NCBI GenBank assembly: GCA_963798845.1
Contig: CAWCUS010000006.1
Coordinates: 224,001 to 288,000, forward strand
Reading direction: 5' to 3'
DNA length: 64,000 bases
Source: an uncultured Gemmatimonadales bacterium
GTDB taxonomy: Bacteria > Gemmatimonadota > Gemmatimonadetes > Longimicrobiales > RSA9
Both the position numbers and the translations under genes were made by a program. Numbering within the stretch: the stretch's first letter is position 1; every line of letters starts with the position of its first letter. Shown here piece after piece: positions 20,751-30,065 of this stretch. The notes beneath the pieces are model-generated. The model did no database searches, was not told the origin of the DNA, and saw only the letters and a list, made by a program, of their open reading frames with translations.

Positions 20751-21137
20751 TTACTCGATGTGCTTGGCGTAAGCCGCCGCGTCCATCAGCTCCTGCAGAT
20801 CGCCGGTGTCGGTGACCCGCACCTTGATCATCCAACCCTCGCCGTACGGGTCGGAATTGACCAGCGACGGGTCGTCCGCCAGCGCCTCGTTCACAGCCAC
20901 TACCTCGCCACCCACCGGCATGAACAGGTCGCTGACGGCCTTCACCGCTTCCACCGTGCCGAAGGTGTCGCCCTTCGCGAAGCTGTCGCCCGGCTCGGGC
21001 AGCTCCAGGTAAACAATGTCGCCGAGCTCGCCCTGGGCGTAGTCGGTGATGCCTACCGTGTAGATGTTTTCCTGGTCGCTCTTGCCCAGGTACTCGTGAT
21101 CTTCCGTGTACAGGAGATCCGAAGGCAGATCGGACAT
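20751..21137 (-). CDS. gcvH: glycine cleavage system H protein
   Basis: VGITDYAQGELGDIVYLELP, VEAVKAVSD (lipoyl lysine), VNSDPYGEGW. Confidence 0.97.
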   Translation of the reverse strand: MSDLPSDLLYTEDHEYLGKSDQENIYTVGITDYAQGELGDIVYLELPEPGDSFAKGDTFGTVEAVKAVSDLFMPVGGEVVAVNEALADDPSLVNSDPYGEGWMIKVRVTDTGDLQELMDAAAYAKHIE

Positions 21138-21174
21138 GTCTCCTCCAAATTAGTCAGACGTGGGTCGGCCGGTG

Positions 21175-21203
21175 AGGATGGGCGGCGCCGCGTTGGGCGT
21201 CAA
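21175..21203 (-). promoter_or_regulatory. candidate sigma-70 promoter for gcvH
   Basis: Minus strand TTGACG-N17-CATCCT, about 37 nt upstream of the gcvH ATG; the -10 element is imperfect. Confidence 0.35.
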
Positions 21204-21235
21204 GGAGGAGAACCCGGCACGGTCCCGCGATCGCG

Positions 21236-21448
21236 CTAGCGTACCTCCTGGAGCCGCGCCAGGATTCCGATCAGTCGCCTCAGCTCGCTCTCCACCAGCT
21301 TCAGCGACTCCTGGACTTCCGGATCCTGCGCCGCCGGCTCCTCGATGAGCAGCTGCACGTGTCCCAGCGCAGCCGTGATCGGGCTGTTGGCGTCGTGACG
21401 CGTCCTGCGCACCAGATCCACCACCTCGCGGAACCGGCCTTCGTCCAT
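21236..21448 (-). CDS. stand-alone histidine kinase dimerisation/phosphoacceptor (HisKA-like) protein, 70 aa
   Basis: GGAGGT RBS; RRTRHDANSPITAALGHVQLL (H-box-like) then ESLKLVESELRRLIGILARL. Confidence 0.75.
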   Translation of the reverse strand: MDEGRFREVVDLVRRTRHDANSPITAALGHVQLLIEEPAAQDPEVQESLKLVESELRRLIGILARLQEVR

Positions 21449-21590
21449 CTCACACCTCCGTCGGCTTTCCATGCATCCCGGCCGGGGGTAGTATAGCCCT
21501 CTCCTCCCGGATAATCACGCGCCGGACGCCGCGCTCCGATCCTGCGCCCGGGAGGCCGAAAGAGACGACCCAATCCACCGGATATAGGCC

Positions 21591-22746
21591 ATGGATATCG
21601 AACGGCCTGCGCTCACTGAGCTGAGCGAGGAAGAGCAGAATGTTCCGCGATCTGGTACGTCAGTTCGCGGAGGAGCAGATCGCGCCGCTCAGCCACGACA
21701 TGGACCGGGACGCGAAGATGGATCCCGACCTGGTCAAGACGCTCTTCGAGCTGGGCGTCATGGGGATCGAGATCCCGGAGAGCCTCGGCGGCGCCGGGGC
21801 CACCTTCTTCACGTCCGTCCTCGTGGTCGAGGAGCTGTCGCGCGTCGACCCCTCCGTGGCCGCGCTGGTCGACGTGCAGAACACGCTCGTCGACACCTGC
21901 ATCATCCGCTACGGCAACGAAGAGCAGCATCAGCGATACTTGCCTCGCCTCGCCAGCGACACCGTCGGTGCCTACGCCCTCTCGGAGGCGGGCTCCGGCT
22001 CTGACGCCTTCGCGCTCAAGTGCCGCGCGACCCGCGACGGCGACGACTGGATCCTCGATGGTCCCAAGCTCTGGATCACCAACGGCGGCGAGGCGGACAT
22101 CTTCATCGTCTTCGCGAACGTCGACTTCGAGCAGGGCTACCGAGGCATCACCGCCTTCCTGGTCGAGCGGGGGATGGACGGGTTCACTGTGGGGAAGAAG
22201 GAGGACAAGCTCGGGATCCGGGCGTCGTCCACGGTGGAGCTGAGCTTCGACCATTGTCGCGTCCCCGGCGCGAACGTGATGGGTGAGGTGGGGAAAGGGT
22301 ACAAGATCGCGATCGAACAGCTCAACGAGGGCCGCATCGGCATCGGCGCACAGATGGTCGGGCTCGCCCAGGGCGCCCTCGACCACACCGTCCGCTATGT
22401 CCAGGAGCGTGAGCAGTTCGGACACGCCATCGGCGACTTTCAGGGCGTCCAGTTCCAGCTCGCGGACATGCGCACCCGGCTGGAGGCCGCCCGCCTGATG
22501 GTCTACAATGCGGCTCGCCTGCGTGAGGCCAACAAACCGTTCCTGTTCGAGGCGGCCATGGCCAAGCTGTACGCGTCGGAGGCCGCCCAGCGGATCGCCT
22601 CCGAGTGCGTCGATCTCTACGGCGGCTACGGCTTCACCAAGGAGTACCCGGTGGAGAAGCTCTATCGCGACGCCAAGATCGGGACGATCTACGAGGGCAC
22701 GTCCAACATGCAGCGGCAGACCATCGCCAGGCTGCTCATGAAGTAG
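21591..22746 (+). CDS. acyl-CoA dehydrogenase (short/branched-chain-like); +1 frameshift at about 21639
   Basis: MDIERPALTELSEEEQ joins MFRDLVRQFAEEQIAP if one A is removed from CAGAATG; ALSEAGSGSDA, KLWITNG, KLGIRAS, YGGYGF, IYEGTSNMQ. Confidence 0.92.
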
Positions 22747-22769
22747 CCCGCGAGCCTCGCGGGCTGCTT
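22741..22769. terminator. hairpin between the convergent ACAD and amidase genes
   Basis: AAGTAGCCCGCGA-GCC-TCGCGGGCTGCTT overlapping the ACAD stop. Confidence 0.5.
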
Positions 22770-22879
22770 CGTGGTTGACGGGGACCTGCTCCAGCTCGGG
22801 GACAATGTGACGGCCTCGCACCCGGGTCCTTGGCCCCGACGACGAGCGCGGCCCGGACCGTGGCGGAGCGCTTTCCCGC

Positions 22880-24644
22880 TCAGACGGCGAAGCGCTCCGG
22901 CACCCGGGTATGCCAGTCGGTGGCGCCCTGGTACGCCGCCGCCAGGCGCAGCGCAGCGCTCTCCTTCCACAGCCCGCCAATGAACGAGAATGCTCATCGG
23001 GTGGCCGTCGACGAAGCCGGCCGGGACCACGGCGGTGGGGTGCCCGGTCAGATTCGTGATCAGGAGGACGTTCCCCCCGAAGCTGGGCGTGACGAACGTG
23101 TCGATCTCCGACATCGTCTTCTCCATCTCGCCCATCAACATCGTCCGGACGCGGTTCGCCTGGATGTACTCCACGGCGGGGATCAGCCGACTCTCGCGGA
23201 AGGAGTTCGGCCACGAGTACGCCTCCTGCGCCACCAGCAGGTCGTCGCGCCCGCTGCGCGTGAGCTCATCGAAGGCCGCCGCGGCCTCGGCATTCAGGAT
23301 GATGCGGAGCGCGTTCACCGGCAGGTGGTCGGGCATCTCGACGGGTATCGGGTCGACGCCGAGCCCCCGGACGACCTCGAGCGCCCGCTGCTCCAGCTCG
23401 ATCTGAGCTGCGTCCCGCTTCCGGGCGTCGTCGTCACGCCCGCGGGGCTCCCGCTCGAACGCGCTCTTCAGGTATCCCACCCGCAGCTCCTTCAGCGGGC
23501 GACGCGCGTCCCACTCGAACGGGACGGTGCGGGCGGTCGGGTCCTGGCCGTCCGCGCCGTGGACCGCGGTGAGCACCAGGGCGCAGTCCTCGGCGCTGCG
23601 GCAGAGCGGCCCGATCTTGTCCATGCTCCAGGACAGCGCCATCGCCCCGGCCCGGCTGACGCGGCCGAACGTGGGCCGCAGCCCGCTCGCCCCGGTCCGC
23701 GTGGACGGCGAGACGATGGAGCCCAGCGTTTCCGTGCCGATTGCGAAGCCCACGAGACCGGCCACCGTCGCAGCCGCCGGCCCGGCGGAGGACCCGCTCG
23801 ATCCCTGCTCGAGGTCCCACGGGTTGCGCGTCTTCCCGCCGAACCAGACATCCCCCATCGCCAGCGCTCCCAGGGTGAGCTTCGCCACCAGCACGGCGCC
23901 GGCCTGGTCCAGGCGCTGCACCACAGTGGCGTCCTCATCGATGACCTGCTCGTCGTAGGGCTTCGCGCCCCAGGTGGTCCGATAGCCCTTCGTGGCCAGC
24001 AGGTCCTTCGCCCCCCACGGGATGCCGTGCAGCGGGCCCCGGTACACCCCGCGGGCGAGATCCTCGTCCAGCCGCTTCGCCTGCGCCATCGCCCGCTCGT
24101 CCGTGAGCGTGATCACCGCCTCCAGCTGGCCGCCGTACCGGTGCAGCCGGTCCAGGTACATCTCCGTCAGCTCCAATGCGCTCACCTGCTTGGTCCGGAC
24201 CAGCTCCGAAAGCCTCGTAACCGGCCAGAACGCCACCTCCTCCAGCTTCGACGGTCGACGCACACCGTCAGGCCGCGACGCCCGGATCCGGTCGAAGCGG
24301 CGAGCGACCATCGTCGGCCCTTCGTCGCCCTCGCCCCCCTCCCCGCCGGGCAGCCGCACCCACGGGAGCCGCGGGTCGAACTGCACGGCCGGTGGCACCG
24401 CGTTCGGGATGTCGACCTCGTGCAGCGCCTCGTACGCCTCGAGGTTCTGGTTCAGGCCGCGCGCCATCATCTCCCGCTCGGCGTCGGTGAACTCGAGCCC
24501 CGCCACTACCTCCGCGTCCTTGATGATCGCGGGGGTGACCCGCCCCTGCTCCTGCGCCTGTGCCCACAGACGCTCGGCGAAGACTCCGCCCAGCCCGAGG
24601 GCGGAGAGGTGGACCATGAAGCTGCGTCGGTCGAGTGTCGGCAT
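22880..24644 (-). CDS. Tat-exported amidase-signature family enzyme; +1 frameshift at about 22989
   Basis: MPTLDRRSFM (Tat); GPLHGIPWGAKD, GSSGSSAGPA, GTETLGSIVSPS. The C-terminus reads PMSISFIGGLWKESAALRLAAAYQGATDWH..* after removing one base. Confidence 0.9.
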
Positions 24645-24758
24645 GGCTGTGCTCGCTGTAGGGATGATCCGCCAAGCTGGGGACCGCGAGCCGCGCCCCG
24701 CAACCCCTGGATCGTCCCGCCCCGACGCGCTCGCTCGCGGTCTGGCCCGCCCCCCGGG

Positions 24759-24774
24759 TGGCGGATAACTTGCC
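24759..24774 (+). promoter_or_regulatory. candidate sigma-54 (-24/-12) promoter for the second ACAD
   Basis: TGGCGGATAACTTGCC matches TGGC-N7-TTGC, 54 nt upstream of the ATG. Confidence 0.45.
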
Positions 24775-24828
24775 AGTTGCAGCCTGCCGCAGGGCCCGAA
24801 TCCACCGCCGATCCAGCGAGGGAACACC

Positions 24829-26719
24829 ATGAGCACCACCGAAGCGCCCGGGCGCGAGGTCTCTTCGCAGGTCGTCACGGAGCGTGACGCGCGGGAAGTG
24901 GCAGAAGCCGCCCGCGAGAAGGAATGGGTGAAGCCTAGTTTCGTCCGCGAGCTCTTCCTGGGGAACCTGCGGATGGATCTGATCCATCCGCTCCCCGACC
25001 CGGAACCGGAGGCGAGAGCCCGGGGGGAGAAGTTCATGGCGGACATGGAGGATTTCCTGAAGCGGGACGTGGACGGGATCGCCATCGAACGGGAAGGCAG
25101 GATTCCGGAGCACGTGATGGAAGGGCTGCGTCGTCTGAAGGCGTTCGCCATGAAGATCCCTCAGGAATACGGGGGGCTGGAGCTGTCGCAGGTGATGTAC
25201 GGGCGGGCGGTCGCCATGATCAGCACGTACTCGTCCGCGATCGGCGTGCTGCTCTCCGCGCACCAGTCCATAGGCGTGCCGCAGCCGCTGAAGATGTTCG
25301 GCTCGCCCGAGCAGAAGAAGAAGTACCTGCCGCGCTTTGCCAACGGCGAGGTCTCGGCGTTCGCCCTCACCGAACCGGACGTGGGCTCGGACCCCGCCCG
25401 GATGGAAGCCACGGCCGACCCGACGGAGGACGGCCATGCGTTCATCCTCAACGGCGAGAAGCTCTGGTGCACGAACGCGCCCATCGCCAGCGTGATGGTC
25501 GTCATGGCGCGAACGCCGGCGAAGGAAGGGAAGAAGCGGCGCCCGATCACCGCGTTCATCGTCGAGAACGACTGGGAGGGCGTGGAGAACCAGCACCGGC
25601 TCGAGTTCATGGGTCTGCGCGGGATCGAGAACGGCCTCATCACGTTCAGGAACGTCCGCGTCCCCCGGGAGAACATCATCCTCGGCGAGGGGAAGGGGCT
25701 GAAGCTGGCGCTCACCACCCTGAACACCGGCCGGCTGACGATCCCCATGACGTGCGCGGCCGCGGGGAAGTGGTGCACCCGGGTGGCGCGCGAGTTTGCC
25801 GCCGAGCGGGTGCAGTGGGGGCAGCCGGTGGGGAAGCACGATGCCGTGGCGCAGATGCTGGGCTACATCGCGTCCCACAGTTTCGCCATGGATGCCGTAG
25901 CCGAGGTCTCGTCCGCGCTGGCGGATGACGAGAACACGGATATCCGCCTCGAAGCCGCCATGGCGAAGATGTGGAACTCGGAGACCGCGTGGAAGGTGGG
26001 CGACCTCACCATGCAGATCCGGGGCGGCCGCGGCTACGAGACCGCGCATTCCCTCGCGATGCGCGGCGAGGCCCCGGTGCCGGTGGAGCAGATGCTCCGC
26101 GACCTCCGCATCAACATGATCTTCGAGGGCTCCAGCGAGATCATGCGCCTCTTCATCGCACGCGAGGCCGTGGATCCGCACCTGCAGGCGGCGGGCAAGT
26201 TCGTGGAGCCGGACGCGTCCGTGGGCGAGAAGGCCAGGGACATGATGGGCCTCGGCGCGCACATGGCCACCTGGTACTCCGGGAACGTGGCCGGCTGGAG
26301 CCGCTGGCCCCGCCACGGCGACTTCGACGCGATGGCCACGCACATCCGCTTTGCCGAGCGCCGCGCCCGAAAGCTGGCGCGCACCCTGGCCTACGCCATG
26401 AGCCGCTACGGCGCGAAGCTCGAGAAGAAGCAGGCGGTGCTCTTCCGCATGGTGGAGATCGGCGCCGAGCTCTTCGCGATTGGCGCCACGTGCTCCTATG
26501 CCATGAAGCGCCGCGGCGGCGACGGCGCGGGCACCGGGCCCATCAAGAATGGCGGACATCTTCTGTCGGCACGCGCGCCGCAGGGTGGACGAGCTGTTCG
26601 AGCGCGTGTTCGACAACGACGACGACGCGACCTACCGTCTTGCCCGTGAGGTCCTCGACGGGCAGCACGCGTGGATGGAGAAGGGCGTGGCCTCTCCGCC
26701 ACGCCCGCACCTGGGCTGA
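24829..26719 (+). CDS. long acyl-CoA dehydrogenase (ACAD9/FadE10-like); +1 frameshift at about 26548
   Basis: LSAHQSIG, FALTEPDVGSDPA, GEKLWCTN, QIRGGRGYE, IFEGSSEI. Continues as KMADIFCRHARRRVDELFERVFDNDD..* after removing one A. Confidence 0.9.
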
Positions 26720-26730
26720 CCCCGCCGGAA

Positions 26731-26774
26731 GACGGAAGCGGCCCGGCCGTTGCATCGGCCGGGCCGCTTCCGTC
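26731..26774 (+). terminator. perfect 19-bp stem hairpin after the second ACAD
   Basis: GACGGAAGCGGCCCGGCCG-TTGCAT-CGGCCGGGCCGCTTCCGTC; lies just after the frameshift-corrected stop at 26719. Confidence 0.7.
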
Positions 26775-26864
26775 GCGCGAGCAGGCAACAAATCCTCTTG
26801 CCGCACCGTGGCTCCCGGCGCTACACTGCGGGAGCCTTGACCCCCTCCCAACCCCTGGCCGGCC

Positions 26865-27653
26865 ATGGCACTAATCGCCGCTCTTCTGCCGGACGAGGCA
26901 GATCGCACTGCCCTCGGCGCCGCCGTTCGGCAGCATCGCGTATCCTGGGCCCGCACCTGGCGGGACCTCTCTCAGGTCGTGAAGAGGGAGCCGGCTGCCG
27001 CCGTGGTCGCGGACCTGCACGCCGAGCCGGGCAAGGACGGCGTCCTCCGCGTCTACCGCCTGGCCCAGCGTTACCCGCTGACACCGATCCTCGCGTGGGG
27101 AGAGCTGGACGGCCGGGACCTCTTCCGCCTGGCCAAGGCCGGCGCCTCCAATGTCGTGCCGTCGCCCGACGCATCGAACATGGCTTTGATCGCCGAGATC
27201 CTGGGCGACGCCATGTCCGACCGCCTGGCGCGACGCGTGGACGAGCGGCTCCGCAACCGCGTCGGCAGGGATGGCCGCGCGCTCGTGCAGCTGGCCGCTC
27301 GGCGCATACCGGAGGGAATCCAGGTCCCCGGCCTCGCGGCCGACCACGACCTGTCGGTTTCGACGCTGGAGCGCCGCTGCGAGCAGTGGGGCCTCGCCAC
27401 CCCCGGCCGGCTGCTGCTGTGGCTGCGGATCCTCTACGGTCTCAACTGGCTCCTCGAGCCGGGACGCAGCGTGGAGTCGGTCGCCGGCCAGCTCGGCTAT
27501 TCGTCCGGCGCTGCATTCCGACGGGCGATCAAGGTGACCGTGGGCGGCAAGCCGACGCCGCTGCGGAATCGGGCAGGGCTCGAAGCCGCCCTGGAAGCGT
27601 TCATCGCGGCGTGCCCGGGCGATCCGGCGCTCGTGCCTGCCGGGGAGGGCTGA
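26865..27653 (+). CDS. AraC-family HTH regulator with degenerate receiver-like N-terminus
   Basis: LAADHDLSVSTLERR, SVESVAGQLGYSSGAAFRRAIK; beta/alpha N-terminal region (VVADL..PILAW..AKAGA). Confidence 0.8.
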   Translation: MALIAALLPDEADRTALGAAVRQHRVSWARTWRDLSQVVKREPAAAVVADLHAEPGKDGVLRVYRLAQRYPLTPILAWGELDGRDLFRLAKAGASNVVPSPDASNMALIAEILGDAMSDRLARRVDERLRNRVGRDGRALVQLAARRIPEGIQVPGLAADHDLSVSTLERRCEQWGLATPGRLLLWLRILYGLNWLLEPGRSVESVAGQLGYSSGAAFRRAIKVTVGGKPTPLRNRAGLEAALEAFIAACPGDPALVPAGEG

Positions 27654-27655
27654 CC

Positions 27656-28930
27656 ATGGCGCGCTATGACCGCATCGCCCGACTACCGGTCCCCGACCGG
27701 GAAGCCGGGTTCCCGGGATGGAATACGCTGCGGGACCTCGAGCATCGGGAGCGGGAGCCCGAGCTCGGGCGCCGTGCCCGCCTCCGGTTCCTCGCCTTGC
27801 GACCCGTGCTCCGGCTCCTCGCCCGGGGCCTCGAGGCCGTGGATGCATCCTCCTTCGAGCGGCAGCTCGAGTCCGTTCGCGAGGAGCTCGGCCATCTCCC
27901 TCCGCGCGACCACGAGCGCAACCGCATCGCCGAGTACCTGAAGGCGGTGGGCGGACGCTCGCCGGGCGAGATCGCCCGCGCCACCATCAATGTCGGCGGC
28001 GCCGCGGAAGCCGGCGGGCACCCCCATGCCGCCGAGGAGTTCTATCGGACGGCGCTTCAGATAGCGGAATCCTACGACCTCGTGGAGCCGCGGCTCCGCG
28101 CTCTCCGCCGCATCGCCACTGTACTGAGGAACCGGGGCGAGGTCGAGGCTGCGGTGTCGAACCTCGAGCGGGCGGCCGACTTTGCCGAATCCCACGGCGA
28201 GCTCGTGGAGTGGGCGCGCGCCATGGACGCGATGGCGGTCATCCGGCTCCGCCAGGGAGACGCCGGCGGAGCGGGCGAGATCCTGGGGCGCGTGGACGAG
28301 CGCGGCCGCGCGAGCCGCAACGAGCGCGTCCGCGCCGTTGCAGCCGCCGGACGCTGCGCGCTGGAGATCGCGGCGGGCAGCCCGGAGGCAGCGGTCGAAG
28401 CCGGCTGGGAGGCCATCGACCGGATGGAGCCCGACGACGAGGAGCGCAACCGCGTCCTCCTGAACATGGGCGCCGCGTTCCGCCGCCTCGGCCTTCAACC
28501 CGCAGCGGCGTCCTGTTACGTCATCATAGAGCGCTGGGCCGCCTGGCCGGAGCACCGGATCGAGGCCAAGGTGGAGAGCGCGGCCCTGGCTGCGGAAGCC
28601 GGCGACGTCGACGCCTTCCGTGAGCACGCGGCCGGCGTCCTACCCGCCCTCGACCGCGCCGACGCTCAGACCGTCGGCCTCGCCATGCTCGGCCTCGGCC
28701 GCGCCGCCATGCTCCTCCGGCACCGGGACACCGCCCGGGAATACCTGCGCCGCGCCATCGGCATCGCACGCGATGAGGGCGATGAAACGGTGCTCGCCGG
28801 ATCCGAGGGGCTGCTCGCTGCGCTGGAGCAGGACGAGGCTGCCGGCGTCGCGGCCTCCACGGCACCGGCCTCGGACGGGAGCCGAAGCATCGCGCGCCGC
28901 ATGGAGGCGCTCTCCCGGCAGCTGGTCTAG
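27656..28930 (+). CDS. TPR-like alpha-helical repeat protein
   Basis: Starts 2 nt after the araC stop; helical repeats such as AEEFYRTALQIA, NRVLLNMGAAFRRLG, LGLGRAA..AREYLRRAIGIA. Confidence 0.75.
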   Translation: MARYDRIARLPVPDREAGFPGWNTLRDLEHREREPELGRRARLRFLALRPVLRLLARGLEAVDASSFERQLESVREELGHLPPRDHERNRIAEYLKAVGGRSPGEIARATINVGGAAEAGGHPHAAEEFYRTALQIAESYDLVEPRLRALRRIATVLRNRGEVEAAVSNLERAADFAESHGELVEWARAMDAMAVIRLRQGDAGGAGEILGRVDERGRASRNERVRAVAAAGRCALEIAAGSPEAAVEAGWEAIDRMEPDDEERNRVLLNMGAAFRRLGLQPAAASCYVIIERWAAWPEHRIEAKVESAALAAEAGDVDAFREHAAGVLPALDRADAQTVGLAMLGLGRAAMLLRHRDTAREYLRRAIGIARDEGDETVLAGSEGLLAALEQDEAAGVAASTAPASDGSRSIARRMEALSRQLV

Positions 28931-28961
28931 CGCATCCGCAGACGGAACGGCGGGGCGGCTG

Positions 28962-29153
28962 CTACGACAGCACGTCCCGCCGCCCTTCTCTCACTTCACG
29001 CACCCAGTCGCTGTAGTCGATGGCCGCCGCGAGCGCGGCCTCGATGCTGCGGACGACGTCCGTTTCCCCCACCTGCTGCCGCGCCCGCTCCACCAGCGCT
29101 TCGTCCAGGACGAACGTGTGCGGCCGACGCGCGGCTCCCACCTTGAACGACAT
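28962..29153 (-). CDS. small ribbon-helix-helix-like protein (VapB/antitoxin-like), 63 aa
   Basis: GGAGGGAG RBS; HTFVLDEALVERARQQVGETDVVRSIEAAL resembles the beta-alpha-alpha RHH pattern. Confidence 0.55.
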   Translation of the reverse strand: MSFKVGAARRPHTFVLDEALVERARQQVGETDVVRSIEAALAAAIDYSDWVREVREGRRDVLS

Positions 29154-29174
29154 GGCTCCCTCCGCGTTCACGTC

Positions 29175-29190
29175 CGCACCGACTCTGCCA
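29175..29190 (-). promoter_or_regulatory. candidate sigma-54 promoter for the RHH-like gene
   Basis: Minus strand TGGCAGAGTCGGTGCG (GG-N10-GC); predicted start falls just before the RBS. Confidence 0.35.
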
Positions 29191-29245
29191 CAGGGTCCGG
29201 GGCGCCACCATGGCCCGGCGGGACACGACGCGAGGGTTGCAACGG

Positions 29246-29533
29246 CTAGAGCGGCGGCAGAATCCCGTTCTCCTTTCGCGCGTCCCGGGCGCCGTGGCGG
29301 ACCGCCAGGCCCATCCCCGCCCCGAAGACGAGCGCGGTGCCACCACCTACCACCGGAAGCAGCCACACGACCGGTGCCGCGGCCAGCGCCGCTACCGCCC
29401 CGACCGCCACCGGCGCCGCGCGCCCCTGCACGGCCTCCACGAACCGCAGCCGCTTCCGCACGAACCTGCGGACCTTCACGTACCCGGCACCAATGCCGCC
29501 CACGGCGGCACCCAGAATCAACAGTTCGATCAT
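29246..29533 (-). CDS. small membrane protein (hypothetical, 95 aa)
   Basis: GAGGAGG RBS; MIELLILGAAVGGIGAGYVKVRRFVRKRLRFVEAV followed by hydrophobic segments. Confidence 0.75.
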   Translation of the reverse strand: MIELLILGAAVGGIGAGYVKVRRFVRKRLRFVEAVQGRAAPVAVGAVAALAAAPVVWLLPVVGGGTALVFGAGMGLAVRHGARDARKENGILPPL

Positions 29534-29628
29534 ATGCGCCTCCTCACCCATCAAGACGGCTCGGCAGCCGGTCTGGTTTCGCCGGCGCATCCTTCCGGTT
29601 CGTGCCGCGGCCTCCTACCTTTCCGTTC

Positions 29629-30006
29629 ATGAAGAAGCCCAAGCAGCTCATCGTCGTCGGCGACCGCATCCTCATCGAGCCCGAGGAGGGAGAGGAGCGC
29701 TCCCACGTGGGCCTCTATCTTCCCGCCACGGCGGTGGACAATCAGGCAGTCCAGGCCGGGACCGTGGTGGCCACCGGCCCCGGGACCCCGATCTCGGCGC
29801 CGACGGAGCTGGACGACGAGCCGTGGCGGATCGCCAGCGGCGAGCCGAGGTTCCTCCCGGTCCAGGCAAGAAAGGGTGATTACGCCATCTTCTTCCGCCG
29901 GGCGGCCGTGGAGATCACCTTCGAAGGGCGGAAGTACCTGGTCGTGCCGCAGCCGGCGATCCTCGTGCTCCTGCGCGGAACATCGGAGCCCAAGGAGGGT
30001 TGGTAA
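29629..30006 (+). CDS. GroES-family co-chaperone (orphan, no groEL adjacent)
   Basis: LIVVGDRILIEP..GLYLP..GTVVATGPG..KGDYAIF..EITFEGRKYLVVPQPAIL. Confidence 0.85.
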   Translation: MKKPKQLIVVGDRILIEPEEGEERSHVGLYLPATAVDNQAVQAGTVVATGPGTPISAPTELDDEPWRIASGEPRFLPVQARKGDYAIFFRRAAVEITFEGRKYLVVPQPAILVLLRGTSEPKEGW

Positions 30007-30030
30007 CGGCGCCGGAACCGCCACGAAGCG

Positions 30031-30056
30031 CGGCCCCGCACGGGGCCGTTTTTTTT
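30031..30056 (+). terminator. intrinsic terminator between groES and hslO
   Basis: CGGCCCC-GCAC-GGGGCCG followed by eight T. Confidence 0.75.
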
Positions 30057-30065
30057 GAGGTAAGC

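Noticed and set aside
21630..26560. Programmed ribosomal frameshifting or true pseudogenes at the three +1 sites
   Set aside because: No slippery heptamers; the shared context follows the + DNA strand regardless of gene orientation, and the genes show no other decay.
28962..29533. Toxin-antitoxin module
   Set aside because: No PIN, RelE or MazF-type toxin adjacent; the upstream gene is a small membrane protein with its own spacing and RBS.
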